Below are positions 55,201-64,000 of a stretch of DNA of 64,000 nt, in pieces. Each line of letters begins with the position of its first letter. Position 1 is the first letter of the stretch. The notes under the pieces were generated by a model, which saw only the letters and a program-made list of their open reading frames with translations, was not told the DNA's origin and ran no database searches. The position numbers and the translations under genes were made by a program. Origin of the DNA: Schizochytrium sp. TIO01 (Eukaryota; Protista; Bigyra: Labyrinthulomycetes); the NCBI GenBank assembly GCA_004764695.1, contig SMSO01000034.1:4278001-4342000 (forward strand). Reading direction: 5' to 3'.

Positions 55201-56139
55201 AGAAAAATGAAGGATAATCTCATAATGGTTATATTGCGTCAGAATTATGATGGTTTTCCTCAACTTTCGGGCGACTTGCCAATCAGGTAAAATCACACGC
55301 AGGATTCACTCCTCCCTCCCTCACAGCAAAGCAAACTTGAAGCAAACCTGGATCCCACGCGTATTCTTCTGCTCATTTACCTTCAGTTTCGTGGCTTCGC
55401 GAATGTCTTCCGGTCAATCGATGATGATGTGGAACCAAGCAATCACAGCGACGGGAGGCTAGGCAGTGCCTAGTCAACTCCTACCGGGCACCTACAGTAC
55501 CCTCGGCGTAGAGGGTATTAGGAGTCCGCTCTTAGGCGGGTGCCTAGTAACTTTCCTAGCAGTGGAAATGCGACTTCTTTCTGAGGAGTTGAAAGAAAGA
55601 AAAAGTAAAAGAAAAAGAAAAAGTTCTAAAAGCAGAGAGAGAGAAAGAGAGAACCGAAAACAATCAAATCGAGGTCCAAAAGCCGCGAGAGGAAACGGGA
55701 AACCGGCGGAGAGGCAGCGGAGTGGAGGGCCGCAGGAGAGATATGCACAGCCAGGGCGAGCACCTCCTTCCTCTCCGTCCCATCTGCCCTGTTTCGCTCT
55801 GCTCTGCTCTGCTCTGCTCCGCTCTGCTTTGCCTTCCTTCGCTAAAGAAAGTGAGGATTTACAGCGAGGAAGAAGATAGGTAGGAGACTCCTAGGCGTCG
55901 CTAGGCGGTAGCCCCAGTTAGGCGAAAGCGGTAGGGGCGGCGGTAGGAGGTGGCTAGCGAAAAGGGGTAAGAGGGGAAAGCTGGAATGATAAGGGATAAT
56001 ATGTGAGTATGGGCATTAATGATATTATTAATACGGCAACGATTAATTAATTAATTAATTACGAAGAAGAGGGGAAAAGAAGAAAGGATAAAGAGAGAAA
56101 GAAAGAGAGAAACAAACCACCATCGCGCGGCGGCCCGCC

Positions 56140-59100
56140 ATGTACGGCTCCGGCAGCGGCGCGCGAGACGGCGGCGGCCCCGGAAAGAGGGCCGGCGGCT
56201 CGACGTCTTCGGCATCAGAAAGTGCAGGAGTGGCTCCTGCGGGGACTGCCTCGGGAGCGGCCTCTTCCTCGCTGCTCGTCAACATCGTCATCATTATCCT
56301 CCACGGCGACGCCTTCTTCTTCGCTGGCCTCCTCGGCGGCGGGGGGCGTGTCTGCAGGGACTCTGGGCGGCACAGGGACTCCCTCGGCGGGAATTTCTGG
56401 ACGCCACTTGCCTCTGGCACCGCCACCACCACCCCCGCCGCCCCCTATGCCGCATCACCTTCGTGCTCATGGTAGTGGCACCTCATTTTTGCCTCGCGTG
56501 CCACCGCCGCCGCCACCACCTCCTCATACAACGCGGCATCTTCAGCATCATCATCACGGAGGCCCTGTCTCGGGATCAGGCTCTGTCTCGGGATCGGGAT
56601 CTGCCTCGGGGTCTGGTGGCGCAACAGGTTGGCGCCAGTGGACCTCAGGCGCCTCGAGGGAGCGCTACCGCGAGCGCAAGTACTCTACCAGTAGTGCCGG
56701 AAGCTCGACCGGGCCGTCACCTGTGCCTGGGGTTGTGTCTGCATCGTCTGCTGCTTCCATCGCAGCTCCGCCACCATCGACTTTGACTTCTTCGGGTTCG
56801 CAACATGCGGCACATCAGCATGGGCATCATGGACATCAACATCTCCACCACCACCAGCAACTCAGGAGAGATGCTAGCGTGGGGTCGACGGGAAGTGCAC
56901 GGCCACCAAGTCCTCGAAAGTCTGCATGGGACATCCAGGGCTCTGCCACAAACTCATCCTCGGGTGCTGCTGCTGCGGCTGCTACGTTGGGAGGCGCGGC
57001 TGAGGGACCTCTCGGCTCTGGGCAGTCTCTGGCAAACACAACTTCAACGGGGTCTTCCTCGTCATCTTCTTCCTCTTCATCATCGTCATCTTCATATTCA
57101 GTACCTTCGCCAACATTGTCATTAGGTACATCCTCAGTGGTAGGATCAGGTTCTCGGCATCACCATCATGAGCCATGGAGGCCGCATACAGCGAGGTACG
57201 GCGCGAGAGCCTTTGGGTCATCGGTAGGCAGTGCGGAGAAAAGCAGCACCTCAGAGGACCACTTGCACTCGTACTCGCATGCAGCGGGAGATCAAGACCA
57301 GGAGGAAACAGGGCTGTTGGGATTGCATAGCAATAACTCGAGTGGGAATAATTTGCTGGATCTGGATGGACCGAACAAGACGAAGCTTACGCGGAGGGTC
57401 TCTGCGGTTGACGAACTGCTTGGAGAAGGACCATCACTAATTGATACGCCTGGAGGAACGAGCTTATTTACACCGAGTAGTATGCTACAGAGGCAGAATT
57501 CAGAAAGCTCGGTCGGAAGCTCACGCAGCAATCAGGGACTTGGGTCTTTTGGATGGGGTAAAGGACTTGCTGCGAGGTCCAACTCAGGAAGCGACAAAAA
57601 GGTAGACCATAAGAAACAGCAACGCAAGGAATTTTCATTCTTTGAGCAGGGAAACAAGGTTAAGGACGGAGCAAAAAAAGCCGTTGCGGCTGCAACAACC
57701 TCCTCAAATGCAAAAGACTCTGAAGATATCAAAGGTTCTAAAAATGTCAAAGAGTCCAAAGATGTAGATGGTAAAGATATTATCAGTAGTAGTAGTAGCA
57801 GCAGCAGCAGCAGCAGTGGGAGAAAGGAAATCCAACCTCCTCAGACCCCATCCGATAAAAAGGTGGAAATCAATAAGGCATCACAGACTGCCTCGCTGCC
57901 GCCACCCGCATCACCAATATCAGCGGTGACATCAGGTACTGCTAGCGGGAAGAAGGTAGAGTCTTCGAAGGAAAAGAAAGCAACTGGGGATGATGATACC
58001 AAGGGCGCTATGGCTAAACTGAACGCACTCTTAACAGCCACCCCCCCTTCTAAAAAGCCGGAGGGACTGGCGGCCAAGTTAGCTGGCAAAGCCAAAACTT
58101 CTGGAGAGCAGAGGCGCGGCATTTCAAAGATTGCAGACTCTGGCGAGGTGAGCGAGCTCTCCGACGCTTCGGACGACGAGAGCACCCTCACGGGTAAACA
58201 TGAGACACCGAAAAAGAAGAAACTTCCGGCTGCCCCCGCTGCCTCGCCTGATGCTCTCCAAACCTCTGGAACAAAGGAGAACATGTCCTCATCGTCTGAA
58301 AAGCCTGGAAAAACATCTTATGCTGAGGAATTAAACTCACCAGGATCCAAAAAGTCTGGAGAGAAAGACAAAAAGGGCACTGTTGTTGAGTCTTCCTCAC
58401 CTCCGCCTAAAGGTTACGCTGCTGCAGATGATTCTAGCCCATCATCAGCAACAAAGAACAAACACATAAACGCATCGTCTACATCCACTGCGGTCGCTAC
58501 TGCTGCTAAAGAAAGTCCTGATGTGACAAGCTTGAAATCTTCAAACATGAAGGAAATTTCCAGCTCTTTTGCTTCCCCTGAAAAGACAGGAGCAGAGAAT
58601 AAAACTGAGACAAGAACAACAGCAACAGGAGAGCCCTTACCACCTCCGCCGCCACCTTCCCCGCCCCAATCTAGTGATACAATCAGTAAGAAGCCTGAGA
58701 AGGTTGCGGGATCCACGGAGAAGAGCAAAAGCAAATCCCCATCCAAGAAAAAGGAAAACAAAGAAAGCAACGAGGATGAAGACGGCTCAGCAGCGCCTCC
58801 ATCAGCCACCAAGCAAGGCCATGAAGATGAAGACGCAATGGAAGATGAAGACGAAGAGGCTCGTCTGAATCGAAAGAAAGAGCGAAAGGCCAAAAAGAAG
58901 AAGAAGCGGAAGCGGGAAAAACACAAGGACGAGCTTCGAAAGAAGCGCAGCCGGGGAGGCAGCGATGACGAAGCCGCCCTTTCTGCTGGTGAAACTGGTC
59001 CGAACGAAGTTGTTGAGGGTGAAGAAGACGATGAGAACTCTCATACGAGCAAACACCACAAGAAGAAGAAGAAGAATAAGAAGCGTAAGCTCTCCCGTCG

Positions 59101-62100
59101 TCACAGTAAGGAGAGTATGGGTTCCATCTCAGAGCGCGATGATCTCAACACAACTGCAACCTCTCTCGAAGCAGCAGAGGCCACGCAGTCGAAGGACTCT
59201 GCCGATGACGACCTCGCAACCACAGACAAGAAACTTGATGTCTCGGACGTAGCTAAGGCTGCTGAAGAGAAAAATATGATCTCATCAGAATCTAAGACAT
59301 CACTGAAAACAACAGAGGACGAGGGAAACGAAGAAAAGAAGTCGCCATCTCCCTCCAAGAAACCTCATGCATCTGCTGTTGTTGATATCCAGGGCTCAGT
59401 AGCCGAGGTCAATAAGACAGAGACATCGTTAGAGAGCCTCCCTCCTCCACCTCCTCCACCACCTCCACCTCCACCAACAGCCTCGCCCACTACTGCTTCC
59501 GTTAACCCAGAAAGTACTATTGCAGTGAGTATTGCCAGTGAGGAAACTAAGGAAGCAAACTCTGACAGGAAGGTTTCTGAACCTGAGGAGAAAACAGCAC
59601 CTGATTCATCTTTACTCCCTCCCCCGCCTCCAGCACCGCCTCAAGCTGATGGTGCGTTCTCGAAAACCTCAAGTCCTATACTTTCTCTGTCTCCTACAAA
59701 GATCAAAACTGATGGTATCGCTGCACCACCTCTTACTACGGACGCAAGACATAGTAAACAAGAAAGCAGTGTCGCAACTGCAATGGACGTTGAAGAAGAG
59801 ACGAGCCAGGACGACTCAAACGATAAAGAGACTATTCTAAATTCTTCTCTATTAGAGGAGGACAAGGATCCCGACGAAGACATTGAAATGAAGGCCGCAT
59901 CCCCTTCAAAGGAAACTAAAACCCCAGATATCAAACGAAAGTCCTCAGTCAGCTCCAGGTCGTCAATTAATGACGCGGCTGACTCTTCTTTTCATAGCGC
60001 AGCCAAAGAGACACCAAAAGAGACAAAGGCACATGTCAGTCCTGAAAAGCATAGCCCCGCCAAACCAGAAAAGAATGCCGATCCTGGTGCCCTTGTTACG
60101 TCACCGCTGAATGACATAAGTCAAAATCCTGCCTCAAATGCAGCTGGTTCACCCTCACCGACACCTGCTGAACAAAACGATGCAAAGAAATCGACTTCCC
60201 CGGTCAAGAGCGAAGCAGCTACACCTCCCACCCCTCCACCTCCACCCCCTCCACCTACGCCCCCGATGGCCCGATGGCCCGGCTCTCTATGGAGAAGAAT
60301 AAGGTTACCCCGGTGAAGAAGACGGAAGATATAGCGATGTCAGATCCGGCCACACCTGCATCTGCTGCTGCATCAACACCTGCTGGAATGACGGAATTAT
60401 CCTCTGTCAAGAATTCGACGATAATGGAAGTTCAGAACACCTCTGCTGATCCTTCTTCTAGACTTGCAGGTGCAAAGGAAGAAGCACAAGCTTCTGATTC
60501 TACTGCTGCTGCTGCTAGCGCCCTTGAGAAGCAGAAGGATACAGATGACTCTGCTGGGCGCAAAAACCGTGAAACTGTAGAGGCGAAGAAACGAGACGAA
60601 AAAGAACCGGAAAAGGTTTCTCGTGCTCGTGCCAAGGAACTCGAACGTGAGAGGGAACGTGAACGAGAGTTCGAGCTCGCTCGCGAGAAGGAGCTTGAAA
60701 GGCGCAAACGCAAGCTGCCTGCGAAAGAGGTTGTTCTTGAGTCCCTGAAGATTCTTGACGCTGAAATCGATGCGACACGCAAAGCTCTTGATCAAGTGAT
60801 TGCTCAGAAGAACAAAATTGACGAAGCTGACACAACTGATCGTGAGGATGACGAGGATATAAGGGAGGCGCCTCTAGTAATGCCAAAGACGAATACTTTC
60901 AGTGAACACGAGGAACTTTGTGCACGTCTCCTTGAGGAAAATGCTCAACGTGCACTCGCTGCAAGGGCGCCTCTTGAACGCTTGAACTACGACATCTCGA
61001 AAATTCCGCATGGAAAGGGTGACGCAAAGGCCGCAATCAGCAATCTTAATGCTTTGCAGGAAATGTTTTCAAAGCATCGTTTCCCTGGTAGCCTACCAAT
61101 GTACAGTAGCCCTGACGAGGCACCGTGCTGGGAAGAAAATGCCAAAAGCTTCATGCGGAAGTTCCCACGGATGAAGGCTCGCATTGCTGTCGACTTAGCA
61201 ATGCAAAAACGATACCAGGGTGAACTTTTACTTAAATATCGCAACCTACAAACGGCTTATGAAGGCAAGCGAGCAGCAACGCAAGGCAAGCGCTCGACAA
61301 GTACGGAGAGTGCCCCTACTAGTAGCGGCAGGGGTGGAAGAACAAATATCTCCAACGAGAGTGATCGTGATGCAGTGTCTTCAAAGCGTACTCGTAACGG
61401 AAACCCTGCGCACCGGTACCCTTCTCGAGGTACAACTACTCTCCAGGGCGAGTTTCCTGGCAGCGACCAGGAGGCCCAGGCACGACTGAAGGAACTTGAA
61501 GAGCAGGAGGCTCGAGAAAAGGCACGCCAAATTAACGCTGCGACCTTACCTGATATGATTGTTTCTGAACGCTCGCAACGCCTCGCCAGGTTTGAGACAC
61601 AAACAGTTCGCCTCACCACGGATGGTCTTCCTGCTCGTTGTTCCGGTCTTCCTGGCCATGTTCCCTGTAGTGCTGTCGGCGCCGTGTACAAGGCAGAGAA
61701 GGTCGAAGCCGGCCGTGAGAAAATGACAGGAGACGCTGCTGAACAACCAACTCTTACCGGGTGTAACTGTGCACGTGCCGTGGCCTTGCAGAATAAACTT
61801 GTCAACCCTTGGACCGACCTTGAGAAACTAATCTACATTGATAAATTTCTCCAGTACCCGAAGGACTTCTACAAAATTTCTACATTTTTGCGCAATAAGT
61901 CAACTCGTGACTGTATCGAATTTTACTATCGTATTAAAAAGTGTGGACCTCTCAACTTTAAAGTGCTTCTCCAAGAGCAGTTTATGCACCGAAAGACCCA
62001 ACGCAAGCCGCAATGGGTGCTTACAGAAATGGCTGCTCGCGCTCTGGGTATCCCATTACCAGCTACAGCCGAAGAGGAGGTCCAACGCCAGATTCAGGTT

Positions 62101-63947
62101 GAGGATGATAGCAGGAAACTTAATGTGCCGCCATCGCCAAGCCTTTCCGAAGATACCCCTTTAGTGAGCAAGGCCAAGAAGGGTAAGAAACGAACAAAGC
62201 GCGATCAGGAACATGACGACGATGATGAAATTGCCCAAGTTGGAGTCAATCCGCCCCTTGGTCGTCTTATCAACGAGAACCAGTATTCCAGTATTAATAT
62301 ACGCACACGCCATATGGTACCTCTTATACAGCGTCCATCATACAAGAGACATGCCATGCCTCAGCCCAGAGCTTCTTCTCCACCTGTGCCAGTGGTTCCA
62401 GTTACACCTATTTCTGAACCAACAGCTGTTATGATTAATTCCACCACATCCTCACCTGTCAACCCTGCCAAAACCGTGGATTCGGGATCGCCATCAGCGC
62501 CTGCAAACTCGACTACGGCTGACCGCTCTCGCACCTCCTCTTCATCGCCAACTCCTGGAAGCATTACCCGGTCTCTTTCACGATCTACCCCTTCAGACCC
62601 CGCAAATGATGGAACCAATTTTTCAAGTGGCAATGGCTCCACGCCGTCCTCTAATGTTCAGCGTGGTACATGGACTCCAGAGGAGAAAAATCTTTATCTT
62701 GATTGCTTGCAAAAGTTTGGCAAGGATTGGAAGGTCTTGCATCAATACATTCCGTCCAAGACTATAGCGCAGCTCAAGAACTACTACCAAAATTACAAAG
62801 CGAAGCTCGGCTTTGATAATATTGTTGCTCAGCGGTCTACAACTCCAAGTCCCGCACCCCTTCCTCAACGCACTGCATCATCAGCATCATCAGCATCGCC
62901 TCCCTCTCCATCAGCTTTTGAGTCGATCCTGAACTCTTGGATGAAAACTGCAGCTGAGGCTCACGAAAACCAAGATGCGAAGATCCTTGAATCTCTTCGA
63001 TCTCAAATTAGTCATTACCTATCAAGTGTGACCCTTACGCAGGCTCAGAATGACCTCATTCTCCAACTGATTGGTGAGCTTGGTGTTGTAATTGAAGATA
63101 TGTCCCGAAGCGATAATTCTGGTAATAAGGATAGTACGCAAGGCAAACAACAAGATGATTCGCGCGAACCGCGCGGGCAGGCTGTGGATAACGGAGCAGC
63201 AACCCCTGGCGGGGTGAGATTTGCAGAATATGAGAAAGTTGCTGAAGAGTTCCGAGCCGCTTCGCACGAGGCAACCGTCAAGCCGACAACAGAAAATCTG
63301 CTGGTTCTTCATGATAAGATTACTCAGCTGCTTCGCTTGCAAGCCAGGTCTCATGAAGACCAGATTCAACAACTTCAGGCTATGCATTCGCAGAGGCTTG
63401 CGGAATTAAATGCTCGTCCGGGAACCCGGCCAGACGAAATTGAAGATGTCAATGCTGAGCATCAGCATCATCTTGTGCAGCTCACAAGTATCCAGAAGAG
63501 TGAGCAAGAACAACTTCATTCTCAGCGAAAACTTATCGAACAGTATCTAGAGTCATTACGTGGTGCTGATACAGAATCTGCTGCTACGGCAAAGCAAAAT
63601 GGAGCACCGGCTAGAGTAGCTCTTAAGAGTGAACCAAAACAGGCTCCATCGCCGACACCCATGTCTGCCCAGAATAAGGGCAAGGATAACAAGCAACCTA
63701 CTAAAGTAGTTCCTTCGCCGTCGCCATCGCCATCATTTCCTCAGCAAGCGAGCAAGGGCCGTGCTATGCAATCTTCGGAACTGCAGAATGCCCAATCCAA
63801 GTCTGCGCAACAACAACAGCAACAGAAGGAACAACATTCTGCAAGAACCTCGAAGCCACTCGCTTCGAAATCAGGTCAGCAGCAACAGAAACAACAGCCC
63901 GTACCTCAGCCTCCTCGGCAGCAGCCTAAACCTCAACCTCAACCTCG

Positions 63948-63978
<31 letters not shown>

Positions 63979-64000
63979 CAACAACAACAACAAAAACAAA
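56140..64000 (+). CDS. N-CoR/SMRT/Snt1-like two-SANT corepressor (HDAC3-complex scaffold), 3'-partial, with two apparent frameshifts (~56270 and ~60270)
   Basis: Frame 1 from about 60271 appears open to the window end, which is why the ORF track omits it. It encodes LPAKEVVLESLKILDAEI and LPMYSSPDEAPCWEEN (N-CoR GPS2/TBL1-region-like), AATLPDMI, SANT1 NPWTDLEKLIYIDKFLQYPKDFYKISTFLRNKSTRDCIEFYYRIKK (61804-61941), SANT2 WTPEEKNLYLDCLQKFGKDWKVLHQYIPSKTIAQLKNYYQNYK (~62671-62799), then polyQ. The upstream ORFs at 56140 and 56222 abut it in shifted frames. Confidence 0.85.
63947..64000. repeat. (CAG)n(CAA)n polyglutamine tract running to the window edge
   Basis: cagcagcag...caacaacaa, in frame with the SANT protein. 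Confidence 0.9.

Overview
Gene-dense eukaryotic nuclear DNA, not prokaryotic. It has short GT-AG spliceosomal introns with CTAAC/CTAAT branch points, spliceosome and TFIIH genes, and flagellar/centriole genes. Gene content, few introns and moderate GC suggest a flagellated stramenopile such as a thraustochytrid (inference). About 19 genes are supportable: an acyl-CoA dehydrogenase (5'-partial), La protein, SF3B6/p14, TFB5, CCDC77, IFT172, an intron-containing LarE-family sulfur insertase, a PUF protein, an RCC1-BTB protein, a frameshifted repeat-rich orphan, a COPI-associated/Tvp15-like protein, an acidic 3-exon protein, a PTP-like phosphatase, a small membrane protein, an Oac1/SLC25A34-35-like carrier, a small charged protein, a fasciclin protein, sphingosine kinase, and a membrane-anchored orphan. 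A very large N-CoR/SMRT/Snt1-like two-SANT corepressor runs off the right edge; its conserved half is absent from the ORF track. No rRNA, tRNA, CRISPR array or intact mobile element was recognised. The most notable items are the spliced LarE-type gene (nickel-pincer cofactor family) overlapping the PUF gene tail-to-tail, an IFT172 apparently lacking its conserved C-terminal domain, an N-CoR homologue with a Cys/His insertion next to its HDAC3-activating SANT domain, and recurrent intergenic TAGG/CCTA motifs.
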